Below the pieces are notes generated by a model, which did no database searches, had not been told where the DNA came from, and was given only the letters and a program-made list of their open reading frames with translations. Shown in pieces: positions 9,520-18,731 of a DNA stretch of 45,745 nt. Every line of letters starts with the position of its first letter. The stretch's first letter is position 1. The translations under genes were made by a program, and so were the position numbers. Origin of the DNA: Chrysochromulina tobinii. Taxonomy: Eukaryota. The stretch is taken from contig JWZX01002432.1 of the NCBI GenBank assembly GCA_001275005.1, positions 1 through 45,745 of the forward strand. The letters are read 5' to 3'.

Positions 9520-10512
9520 ATGGTGCTCCTCGACATCATCGAAGAGAGCCACCCCCGTGGATCGTGCGTGCGCTTTCTGTGCGAGGTGCCCATTCGCTCC
9601 ACGGTGGCTAGCACATTGGAACACGTTATCGCCGTGCGCACTGCCAGGGACTCCCTTGAGGAGGCAGTAGCACAGCTGCAGGGTACAGATTCTTCGTCGG
9701 ACGCGCATCGCATGGCCTTGGCCCTCATCTCGGACTCGGCCGTGCAGAGCAAGGTCGTGCTGACGCGCGAGCAGCTGCACGCGGTCTTGCTTGCCCTGAA
9801 TGCGCAGAGCACCTCACAGCCGAGCTCGCTGGGCGAATGCTGGCTGGCCTTTGCAAGCCGGCGGCTGGAGCAAGACAAGCTGCTCTCCGACTACGTGGGG
9901 ACCAACGAGAAGTCCAAGGTGAAGCTCGCCTTGACGACGAGTCCGCTGCCGCCCGCCGCCGCTGCTCGCGACGTGCCGCCGAACCCTTTTGGTACGCCCG
10001 CGACGGCATCCGAGTCGATGTCGACCAAGCGCCCAGCAGCCGCAGCGACGGCCGCCGAGCTGTCGGAGGATGGCGGCTACACAGAGCTTCCAGCGCAGCG
10101 GCCGAGGCTCGGCAGCGCGCCAACCGCCGAGCCGCACGAAGCCTCGCCGTCGAAGCTCCAGCAGTCGCCTCTCGAGAAGGGTGTCAGTCTGCTCGCCTTC
10201 TGGAAGGCACGTGAGCCGGGCGGACGGCCTCCGAAGAGCGACGAGAACGCGCCCGCAGCGGGGGCGGACGAGAACGCGCCCATCCTGAGCACCAGTCAGG
10301 CGGCCGCGCTCACCAGCGACAACGCGGTGCGTCAGGCGCTGCGTGAGCCCCGACTGCAAGAGCTGCTTAGGCACATAGACAGCGCCGGCACGAGGGAGGC
10401 GGCACTTCAACGGCTGGAGCTGGCTCTGGAGGACCCGGAGTTCGAGGCATTCTCGCTCCAGGCGCTGCAGACGATAGGCTGGACCTCGTCGGGAGCGCAG
10501 CACGCAGAATAG
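9520..10512 (+). CDS. CFAP298 (C21orf59)-like N-terminal domain fused to a ZNHIT3/Hit1 C-terminal-like domain
   Basis: MVLL...FLCEVP and WLAFASRRLEQDKLLSDYVGTNEKSKV resemble CFAP298; VRQALREPRLQELLRHIDSA...LEDPEFEAFSLQALQTI resembles the ZNHIT3 C-terminal helical domain. Confidence 0.6.
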   Translation: MVLLDIIEESHPRGSCVRFLCEVPIRSTVASTLEHVIAVRTARDSLEEAVAQLQGTDSSSDAHRMALALISDSAVQSKVVLTREQLHAVLLALNAQSTSQPSSLGECWLAFASRRLEQDKLLSDYVGTNEKSKVKLALTTSPLPPAAAARDVPPNPFGTPATASESMSTKRPAAAATAAELSEDGGYTELPAQRPRLGSAPTAEPHEASPSKLQQSPLEKGVSLLAFWKAREPGGRPPKSDENAPAAGADENAPILSTSQAAALTSDNAVRQALREPRLQELLRHIDSAGTREAALQRLELALEDPEFEAFSLQALQTIGWTSSGAQHAE

Positions 10513-11386
10513 GCGATGTGCTCTTGTGGATGGAGCCTTGGAAGGATCTTTGTTGACGGTCACGAGGGGACGGGACTCTTTGTGATCGGTATACGGAGGG
10601 TGCAAATGCGCTGAACTTGCTGAGTCTGGACCCGCGGCCGCGGGTGCCAGGCATATAATGTGTCCCTGGGTGGGCACGCAGAGGCGGGGCGGTCACCCAC
10701 GGGGGCGGGGGCGGCACCGGCAGGGCCTGCGCTGGGGCGACGGCAGCCGGCACGGGGCACGGCCCAGCGCCCACGCGAGACGCGTTGTACGTCACTAGCT
10801 GCAGCGGGTAATGTATATTTTATAGACTAGAGCCAAAATAAGCGAAAAGAAGAACGAGACTGCACGGTCTGAGCGACTCGAGAGCGCGCGCGCCATGCGG
10901 CGATGCGCGGCGGCGCGCCGTGCTCCGCCGCCGGTCGGCGGTCCGTGCCGGGCCCCCGCCCCGCGCCCCGCGCGCGGCCGCCCGGGGAGCGGAGCGGGGG
11001 GCGCACGGGTGGGGGATGCGCTCCGTCGGCACCGTCGTGACCAATGACGTAAAGTTATTTCGATCGAATAGACGCGGGTCGCGAAAGGCTGCACCTCCAG
11101 ACGACACCACAACCCCGCCGCGCACTGTCTCGCAGCCTCCCCGCAGGCGGCCGCGACTGTGTCCTGTATACCCCGCACGGCGCATGCTCGCCGCAGTCGC
11201 GGAAGACATCTGCCATGCAGGCTTGCGTATCGTCAAGCACTCACCGCACCATTCCCACACCATGCCACGCGAGTCTGTCACGCCCCGACATCGCCTCGCC
11301 GCCGCAGCCTCGCAGCAGACGCCTCGCAGGAGACGCCTCGCAGGAGACGCCTCGTCGCGTGAGCTGCCCCTGACGAGCACGCTCAC

Positions 11387-12805
11387 TCAGGTGACCACGC
11401 CATTATCGACGAACTGGTCCTTGCCAGCGCCGCACTGCGGGCACGTGAAGGAGTCGCCGAAGAACTTGTGCTCGCGCCCTGCGGCCGGGAAGAGCACGTA
11501 GCCGCAGCTCGTGCACTCGTACTCGTGGGTCTGCCCGTCGCCGTCGCCCACATTCGTCGGACCTGCACCTGCCGAAGGAGGCGCCATGGCGGGAGGTGGA
11601 GCGGCCTTGGGGGCGGGCGGCGGCGGCGGCGGCGGGGGCGTCACGAGCTTGAAGTCTGTCGCGGCGATCGGAACCGCCGGGGCAGCTTTGGTCGCAACGG
11701 TCGGCGCGGGACCCGCAACGGTCGGCGCGGGACCGGCCTGTGGAACGTCCTGCGTGTCAAAGATGGATTTGACGGGCTTTCGAGGCTGGCCAGTCGCCTT
11801 GTAATTGGCTGCGTTCTGCGCGGCAGCACGCTCGAGCGCCTCCTGCAGCTGGCGCGCGCGCTCGGCCTCGGCGATCTTTGCCGCCTTCTCCGCCGCCTCA
11901 TCCTCCCTTCTCTGCTGCACCTCGGCCAACAGTCGTGCCGCCTCGGCGTTTGAGAGGCCCAGGATGGCGCGCGTCTCGGCGTCGGGCGCGGCGAGGCCCT
12001 GCTCCTCGCAGAGGGTGCGGTAGAGGTCCTCGAGCATCGCCCGCTGCAGCGCCGCCACCGTGTCGAAGGACCAGTTTGGGAATTTGGTGCGCAGCTTCGC
12101 CATCGCCGATGCCTGCGGTATCGCGCGCTCGGCCGCAAAGACGAGCTTGTTGAGAACCGACGGCTGGCGCTCGAGCTTGGTCGCAGCGGCCTCTAGGAGC
12201 GTGGCGCACGCGGCGTCGTCCGAGACGCGAAAGATAGCCATGGCCGCCTTCAGCTGCTGAATCGCCTTGACGCCGACGGGCACGTCCCGCGCGAACTGCA
12301 CCAGGAAGGTGGTCACCATCGGGCCGGTGAAGCGGCCCGGACCGAGCTGCGTCTTGAAGGTCGAGTACGCGGCGGCCATTTCGCGCTCGTCGCCTATGTG
12401 GAAGATCATGGTCGCAGCAAACTCGTCGAGCAGCGTGCTAACCCGCCGCTTGTATAGCCGCTGGCTCTGCCAAGCCGCCACCGCCATCGTCGCTGCCACC
12501 GTCACGCCCATGAAGGGCGCGCGCGCCTTCTGGAAGAAGGTAGGCGGCGTCGTTGTCCCGGGTGGCGGCACGCCGACGTACTGCTGCTGCTGGGAGGCCT
12601 TGCCCTGCGGCTGCAGCCCGCTCACTGCCATGCGGCGGCTGTCGCCCTGCTGCGAAGCCGCGATGAGATCGGCCGAAGGACCATCAGCAGCCGCCATGAC
12701 CGCGAGCTGCGGGCGAGGTGCCAGCATGTTCGCCCGAACAAGCGAATGGGTCGAAGAAGCGAATCCGATGCACGCGGCGCCCGTCAAGGCGAGGAACGGC
12801 AACAT
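11387..12805 (-). CDS. Plastid-targeted protein with C-terminal rubredoxin-like domain
   Basis: Signal-peptide-like MLPFLALTGAACIG-F followed by a Ser/Arg/Ala-rich segment; one TM; C-terminal YECTSCGY...FTCPQCGAGKDQF with two CxxC motifs. Confidence 0.8.
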   Translation of the reverse strand: MLPFLALTGAACIGFASSTHSLVRANMLAPRPQLAVMAAADGPSADLIAASQQGDSRRMAVSGLQPQGKASQQQQYVGVPPPGTTTPPTFFQKARAPFMGVTVAATMAVAAWQSQRLYKRRVSTLLDEFAATMIFHIGDEREMAAAYSTFKTQLGPGRFTGPMVTTFLVQFARDVPVGVKAIQQLKAAMAIFRVSDDAACATLLEAAATKLERQPSVLNKLVFAAERAIPQASAMAKLRTKFPNWSFDTVAALQRAMLEDLYRTLCEEQGLAAPDAETRAILGLSNAEAARLLAEVQQRREDEAAEKAAKIAEAERARQLQEALERAAAQNAANYKATGQPRKPVKSIFDTQDVPQAGPAPTVAGPAPTVATKAAPAVPIAATDFKLVTPPPPPPPPAPKAAPPPAMAPPSAGAGPTNVGDGDGQTHEYECTSCGYVLFPAAGREHKFFGDSFTCPQCGAGKDQFVDNGVVT

Positions 12806-13004
12806 GCTCGCACCCCGGGTCGAGCAGCACACGCTGCGTCCACGAGATCGAGATGAGCGCCCTCATGGGCGCCAAGTTTCGTCCATACACACATCGCTCT
12901 ATCACCTGATTAAAATGCCATGGTTTTCAAGCGCAGTTCCTACGACAAGCGATAGAATTCATAAAGAATTGATGATTCTATTTTGGAAAAAAGGCGGCGC
13001 CAGC

Positions 13005-13931
13005 ATGTCTATCCCATATTCGCTTCAGCCACTCGAAACCTACTTTACGCGCGCCAACGAGTTGAGCGGGCCGCACCCGTACGTCGCGCACCACCTGCGC
13101 CTGTTTGCCGTCGAGCTCGCCATGAAGATGAAGGGGCCGGACGCCAACCAATTTCTGCTCACGCAGATGGATATTCTTGAGAAGGAGAAGGGCACCGTCG
13201 AGCCACCGCTGTACCAGCCGCCACTTTGCCCAGACCCCAACTGGAAGCCCCCTCCGCCTCCGCCTCCGCCAGAGGCACCACCGGTGGCTGCGGCCGGCGC
13301 GGCGGATGCTTCCGACGGCCGCAATGGCAGCACTGCAGATGGCACAGGGGCGAGCGACACGAAGCCTGAGGAGGCAGCGGCATCGGCGAGCAGCAGTAAG
13401 GGCATGTTCAGCTTTCTGAGCAAGCAGCCGCCAAATCCCAGCTTGGACGCCGCCAAGGAGGGTGCAGCCAACCTCTCCATCGCGGGCGATCCGAAGCCGC
13501 CTCCCTCGACAGAGGCGCCTAAGCCGCCGATGATCACGCCCCACAAGGTGGCCGCGACCCCACAGCAGGCGCTGCGCACCCTCGCGCTCGACCTCTATGA
13601 GCGCGGTCGCCAGGCGGACAAGCCGGACACGTTCCCGTCGCCCTCAACCTCCTGGGGGGTGTCCGAGGCGCCAAAGATAGCTCGGTGCCTTCACGCCTCC
13701 GCCGTCATTCTCGATGCACTCAAGCACTTCGAGCCTACGCTGCCTGCCGAGCTCGAGCGCTACCAGACCGCGGCCCATCGGCGCTCCGTGCAGCTCGGCG
13801 GCCAGATCAACTCGGCCTTCAAGCTGAAGGAAGGGGAGCCGATCTCGTTAAAGTGGCGCCCTGCTGACATGGCGGCTGCCACTCCACTTCCCCTACCACC
13901 GCCGCTCTTCCCATCCGTACCTAGGTCGTAG
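13005..13931 (+). CDS. Vta1/LIP5-like MIT-domain protein
   Basis: IPYSLQPLETYFTRANELSGPHPYVAHHLRLFAVELAMK...FLLTQMDILEKEK matches the Vta1 N-terminus; second MIT-like half ALDLYERGRQADK...ARCLHASAVILDAL. Alternative in-frame ATG at 12915. Confidence 0.75.
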   Translation: MSIPYSLQPLETYFTRANELSGPHPYVAHHLRLFAVELAMKMKGPDANQFLLTQMDILEKEKGTVEPPLYQPPLCPDPNWKPPPPPPPPEAPPVAAAGAADASDGRNGSTADGTGASDTKPEEAAASASSSKGMFSFLSKQPPNPSLDAAKEGAANLSIAGDPKPPPSTEAPKPPMITPHKVAATPQQALRTLALDLYERGRQADKPDTFPSPSTSWGVSEAPKIARCLHASAVILDALKHFEPTLPAELERYQTAAHRRSVQLGGQINSAFKLKEGEPISLKWRPADMAAATPLPLPPPLFPSVPRS

Positions 13932-14407
13932 CCAGGCAGCATCGCCAATGTCAGCCGCGCAAGCGTCGTGGCATGCATCGTGAATGGGCGTCAAGAACCC
14001 AGCCACCCCTGACCTGACCGGGTGTTGCAGGGTTGCACGCGACAAGGCACCATGGCTGTGTGTGACAACGGAAGCCGTTATTTCCGCTGTCGGACGTGTC
14101 TCGAGTGTCGTGCGGACGCACCCCGCCATCAATTGTTGGCGCACGCAGGTTCCATTGTCATTTTGACGCACTTTAGAATGAACAAAACAATGACGCGAGT
14201 TTCGGGACCTTCGACCTACTACAACACCCCGGCGACCGGACTACGGTTAAACTACGCCACCCGGTCTACGGGCGCGCGTTCCGCCTGGGAATCATCCGAC
14301 ATCAAATATCAATGACGAGCGCGCCGCCGGCAGCCGTCCTCGGACAGCCCGTGCAGCCTAGCAGCTCGACTCGCCGGAGGGAGCTCTAGACGACCATCGA
14401 AGCTTTC

Positions 14408-14478
14408 GGCGACCTCGGCGGTGATGCTTGCGGCGACCTCGGCGGTGATGCTTGCGGCGACCTCTGGGTGGCGACCTC
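14408..14478. repeat. 24-bp tandem repeat (~2.5 copies)
   Basis: GGCGACCTCGGCGGTGATGCTTGC repeated. Confidence 0.85.
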
Positions 14479-14528
14479 GCGTGTTGAGCACTCATCTCTG
14501 CGCTGCGCGCGCGCTGTTCATCTGTATG

Positions 14529-15758
14529 TCATTCGTGTGGACCCACCCTCATCTGCGTCTTGGGTGGTTTCGCATCCTTGGGCGAGTTTGCATCCTTGGT
14601 CGCTGGTATGTGCTTGCACCAGCCAGCTCGCATGGCAAACCACAGCGCCGTACCAAGCACCACCACGCCGGAGGCCACGACGATTGCGATGATTGCACCC
14701 ACCGCCAGTGACGCCGCCGCCACCGCCACCGGCGGCGTCGCATGCGACGAGTCGATGAGCTGCACCACTGGCGTGGCGGTGACGTTAAGGCCCGGTGGCA
14801 GCAGCGCCGAGGCACTGGCGGCGCTGCTCAGAACCGGCGCGAGGGCCGCCTCGACAGTCTGAGCAGCCGCGAGCGTGGCGGCGGCAATGCTCAGCGCCAG
14901 GCGTACGGAGCCCGATGTGACAGTGAGACGAACGGACGAGGCTGGCACGTTGGCCGCCGCCGCGAAGGAGTCTACGATCGAGTCGCGCACCAAGTCCGTG
15001 TAGTCGCTTACGTCGCCCGAAGCCACCATTGTCACCTCGACGATGTAGGGCGGCGAGGGCGGCGGCGGCGAAGGCGAGGGCGGCGGCGGCGAGGGCGAGG
15101 GTGGCGGCGGCGAGGGCGAAGGCAGAGAGGGCGAGGGCGAGGGCGAGGGCGGCGGAGGTGATGGCGACGGCGGCGGAGGTGATGGCGACGGCGGCGGAGG
15201 TGATGGCGACGGAGATAGCGACGGCGGCGGCGAGGGCGAGGGCGGCGGCGGCGAGGGCGAGGGCAGAGAGGGCGAGGGCGAGGGCGAGGGCGAGGGCGAG
15301 GGCGGCGGAGGTGATGGCGACGGCGGCGGAGGTGATGGCGAGGGTGGCGGCGGTGACGGGGGCAGTCGCGGAGGAGGTGACGGCGGAGAGTACGTGCCGA
15401 TCAAAGCACCACAATTGGGCATCGTCCTGCTCGTGGTGTAGATTCCTTCGCCTGGATAGCTCAGGCTGGTCGTGTACTGGGCTACTGAGCCTTGAGTCCA
15501 CGTGCAACACGGATCTCCCAGCTCAAGACCGTTGCTCTGGCCATCTCCATCGCTATCAGCCTGACAAAAGGCCACTGTCCACACGAAGCCGGCATCCCTG
15601 AAGTGGTCGCGAAAGCCGCCGCTGTGGCCGACGTTATCGAACGATGTTTGGCCGAATTCGATGCTGTACGCATTTGGCAACAGCTCTCTGTACGATGGCC
15701 GGCCGTCGACGAGCAAAAGTTGCCCCGCGACGAGTGCACGAACTGATCGAGAGCCCAT
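14529..15758 (-). CDS. Temptin-like domain, extensin-like Ser-Pro stalk and TM surface protein
   Basis: YRELLPN...VGH...FRDAGFVWTVAFCQADSDGDGQSNGLELGDPCCTW; long SPPPP repeats at ~15050-15390; hydrophobic C-terminal TM. Confidence 0.8.
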   Translation of the reverse strand: MGSRSVRALVAGQLLLVDGRPSYRELLPNAYSIEFGQTSFDNVGHSGGFRDHFRDAGFVWTVAFCQADSDGDGQSNGLELGDPCCTWTQGSVAQYTTSLSYPGEGIYTTSRTMPNCGALIGTYSPPSPPPRLPPSPPPPSPSPPPPSPSPPPPSPSPSPSPSPSLPSPSPPPPSPSPPPSLSPSPSPPPPSPSPPPPSPSPPPPSPSPSPSLPSPSPPPPSPSPPPPSPSPPPPSPPYIVEVTMVASGDVSDYTDLVRDSIVDSFAAAANVPASSVRLTVTSGSVRLALSIAAATLAAAQTVEAALAPVLSSAASASALLPPGLNVTATPVVQLIDSSHATPPVAVAAASLAVGAIIAIVVASGVVVLGTALWFAMRAGWCKHIPATKDANSPKDAKPPKTQMRVGPHE

Positions 15759-16094
15759 GTCAGGGGTGCCGAGCTGGGGTGCCGGGCGCGTCTGTTTTTA
15801 CATTTTTTCCCCGTTTGGGAACGGCCTCACCTAATAACGTAACTTGATCGGTCATCGTGCGCCGCGGTCGGTCCAGACCAGCAGACCATGCAATTCATGA
15901 ATCGCCGCCCCGCAGGATATCCTGGGCTACATGTTTGTGCATGACGCACAGGTAATTTGCCAGGAAAGGCAAAAGCCGAAAGCGGAGCCCCCATTCAGCA
16001 TTGTATAAAGACGCTGTACCGTGTGCATCAGTGCATGTACCATGTTCATCATCCCATCCTCTCATATGCCCGCATCCAAGCGAACCCGTCCACA

Positions 16095-17702
16095 TCACGT
16101 CAAAGTAAATTTGCTTCCCTTGCGGACGACCTCGCCGCTGACCTCGTAGTTCCCAAGTGCACCGCCTGCGCCCCAGCGAGCCTCGAGCTTGCTCGGCGGC
16201 TTTGCTCCCGGCACCTCAACGCCCCTTGCGAGGCGCATGAAGTGTGAGAACTCGACGAGCTGGATGCTGTTCGAGTTGTCGAGGTCGAGCGCGCACCACA
16301 GCACCTTTATCTGCTCCTCGGAGAAGGCGGCCTTTTTCACCTTGAATTTAAAACGAATCACCTGCCGAAGCTCGTCAAATGTGATCAGCCCCGACGCGTC
16401 GTTGTCCACTTCCTTGAAGACTTGAAGCCAGGCGACCCCATCGTGCGCGTCAGGTTTGTCAGCCCTGACCCACTTTCCATACTGGATGGCAAGCTGCTTC
16501 AACTCCTCACTGCCAGGTTCCGGCACCCTGATGCCAGCCGCTTTGAGCTCTTTGCGCATGATCATTGTGTCCACGCTGCTCTTCAAATTTGCGAGCTTGA
16601 GGTCACGATCCACCGCCTCCTCATTCGCCAGGCGCCTCGACATACTCTTCTGCCTGATCACGACTTCGCGCCGGGCCGCCAGGAGCTTCGGGTTGGTCTC
16701 ACGGCCCATGAACGTCTGGAACTCGGCCTCTTCAATAAAGCCCGACCCGTCCACGTCGAGTGCATTCCAGAGCGACTTTAGCGTCGCATCCGAGAGGTCG
16801 TCGTGCCCGAGACGCATGCGCCTGCGCACTCCCGCCTCGAACTCAGAATACTCGAGCAAGCCAGAGTGGTCGTGGTCAAAGTCTTTGAAGAGCTCCAGCC
16901 AGCGATCGCGTTGATCCGGTGGCATGATTGAGTCAATCCGCACGTTGAACGTGGTCGAGAGAACTTGTAGCTCGGCCTTGGTGAGTGGGGCACCGTCCGC
17001 GCTCTCGAGGCCACGCCACGACCGCTGCCGTGAGGTGATCGGTCGGTGATTCCGACCCGAGCCGCCGATGGGTGGGGACGGTGACAGGTCACTCGACAGG
17101 TCACTTGCAGAGGTGACGGTGGAGCGTGCAATTGAGGCAGGCGCGCCCTCGTGCAGCGCGAGCGACTCTGCACGAGGCGATTGCGGTGTCTGCGCTCGGC
17201 TGCTTCTTCTCGAGGAAGAATGAATGACGATGTCCCTGTAGACCATGCCGCTTCGTAGCGGACTCTGGGGCTTCGCAAAGGGTCCGCTGCCTGGGACCCT
17301 GTAGGCCCCGTGGACGCGTGACCATGTGAACAAGTCCTTTCCTTGCATGTACCGCGCGTTCTGAGCGATGATGAGGTCAATCTTGGAATATGCAGCACGA
17401 GCTGAGTGAGGTCGCTTCACATGGTTCACCACGCTCTGCATGTCCCCGAGGAGCGTCCACGCGTCCTTCCCGCCGTCGTAGCGAGGGGGCGAGAATGCTT
17501 TCAGGTCCGTAATGTCTTTCTTTGCGAATTGAGCCATAATCCGCTCATTCCGGGCTGCAGCACGCTCCTGCTTCTTCCTCTGCGCCTCGGCTGCCATGTC
17601 GGCTGCATCATCGGGCAAATACTGAACGTACCCGTTCGGCGGTCCGAGATCGTCCGCCCGAGGACTGATCGAACCAAACGCATCCAAGCCCATTCTGGTC
17701 AT
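16095..17702 (-). CDS. EF-hand calcium-binding protein (4 EF-hands)
   Basis: DHDHSGLLEYSEF, DVDGSGFIEEAEF, DNDASGLITFDEL and DLDNSNSIQLVEF. ATG 17702 chosen because the upstream ORF extension enters the repeat. Confidence 0.85.
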   Translation of the reverse strand: MTRMGLDAFGSISPRADDLGPPNGYVQYLPDDAADMAAEAQRKKQERAAARNERIMAQFAKKDITDLKAFSPPRYDGGKDAWTLLGDMQSVVNHVKRPHSARAAYSKIDLIIAQNARYMQGKDLFTWSRVHGAYRVPGSGPFAKPQSPLRSGMVYRDIVIHSSSRRSSRAQTPQSPRAESLALHEGAPASIARSTVTSASDLSSDLSPSPPIGGSGRNHRPITSRQRSWRGLESADGAPLTKAELQVLSTTFNVRIDSIMPPDQRDRWLELFKDFDHDHSGLLEYSEFEAGVRRRMRLGHDDLSDATLKSLWNALDVDGSGFIEEAEFQTFMGRETNPKLLAARREVVIRQKSMSRRLANEEAVDRDLKLANLKSSVDTMIMRKELKAAGIRVPEPGSEELKQLAIQYGKWVRADKPDAHDGVAWLQVFKEVDNDASGLITFDELRQVIRFKFKVKKAAFSEEQIKVLWCALDLDNSNSIQLVEFSHFMRLARGVEVPGAKPPSKLEARWGAGGALGNYEVSGEVVRKGSKFTLT

Positions 17703-17854
17703 GACGGTCAGACTGTGGCTGTGTCGCGTGGCAAGACCGGGGCGGCTGTGTCCTAGAGGCGACTGAACGACGCACGCACCCTCTCGCGCGGACCCGAAAT
17801 GAAACGAACAAGATGTTTGGACAAGTTGAAAAAGTTTCGAAGTCCTATAGGACT

Positions 17855-17960
17855 TACCGGTTAAAAAGACACCGGGGGGAGCCGGGACACACGCGAGACA
17901 CACGGGCGCACACGGGCACACGGATCACAGATCACACAGACGAACCTCACAAGTACCATC
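17855..17960 (+). repeat. Dispersed repeat family, solo copy
   Basis: TACCGGTTAAAAAGACACCGGGGGGAGCCGGGACACAC...CAGACGAACCTCACAA. Confidence 0.85.
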
Positions 17961-18731
17961 CTTACCTTACTTACCGGTACCTGAGTCCTGAGTACTCAGG
18001 TGTCAGGTCAGTTCGAAGTCCTGTAGTTTCGAAGTCCCCCGCGCCCCCGCGCTCACCACTCCTCCCGTACAAATAGCTTGTTGAGGGGTGGGGGAGTGAG
18101 TGCACGCGTTCACGCGTGCGTTCTGCGTTGCCTTGGGCCCACTGCGTCTAAACTTGGTCGCGTTCGTTGTTGCATTAAGTTGCATGCCATACTTGTTGAT
18201 GAACACTGCGACTCACGCCCGGTGCCTGCCTACATGTAAAGCAGACCAGGCTCAGTCACCCAGTCAGTTATGTTGCGCCCCCCCGCGCTCATACCGCGCT
18301 CAGCACACTCATACATGTATCGCGGTGGGTGGGCTGGAAGACCTCATCTCTCTCATGTCCTCTCGACTCGAATAAGTGTTAATAAGACTCGAATCGAGAT
18401 CAGCAGCCGCGCATCCATCGAAATCCCCCGTGGCCGTGCATGATGTTCGTCGAGTCGTTCTCGAGAGCAGCAGACTATCATCAGAGAGAAGCGAGATTAT
18501 GATCTGAGATCGCATAACATTGTATTGACGACACTCTTCCAAAAAGGTGAGAGAATCGCGTGCTTGAGAGAAGAAGAAGAAAAGGGTCACCGTTGGACAA
18601 CGCATGCAAGTCTTTTCGCATGGTGGTGTATCCGATACATGTACGTTTTGTTTTGGTGTTTTGGCTCCGCACTGTCATCAGAGGAGCAACTTCGACAAAG
18701 CTCTTCGCGCGACGCTGGCGGGACGACTTGA

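Noticed and set aside
12267..12914. N-terminal extension of the 554-aa ORF
   Set aside because: Non-ATG start and antisense shadow of the rubredoxin-domain gene.
18439..18507. Possible C/D snoRNA (ATGATG...CTGA)
   Set aside because: Imperfect box C and no recognisable rRNA or snRNA complementarity.
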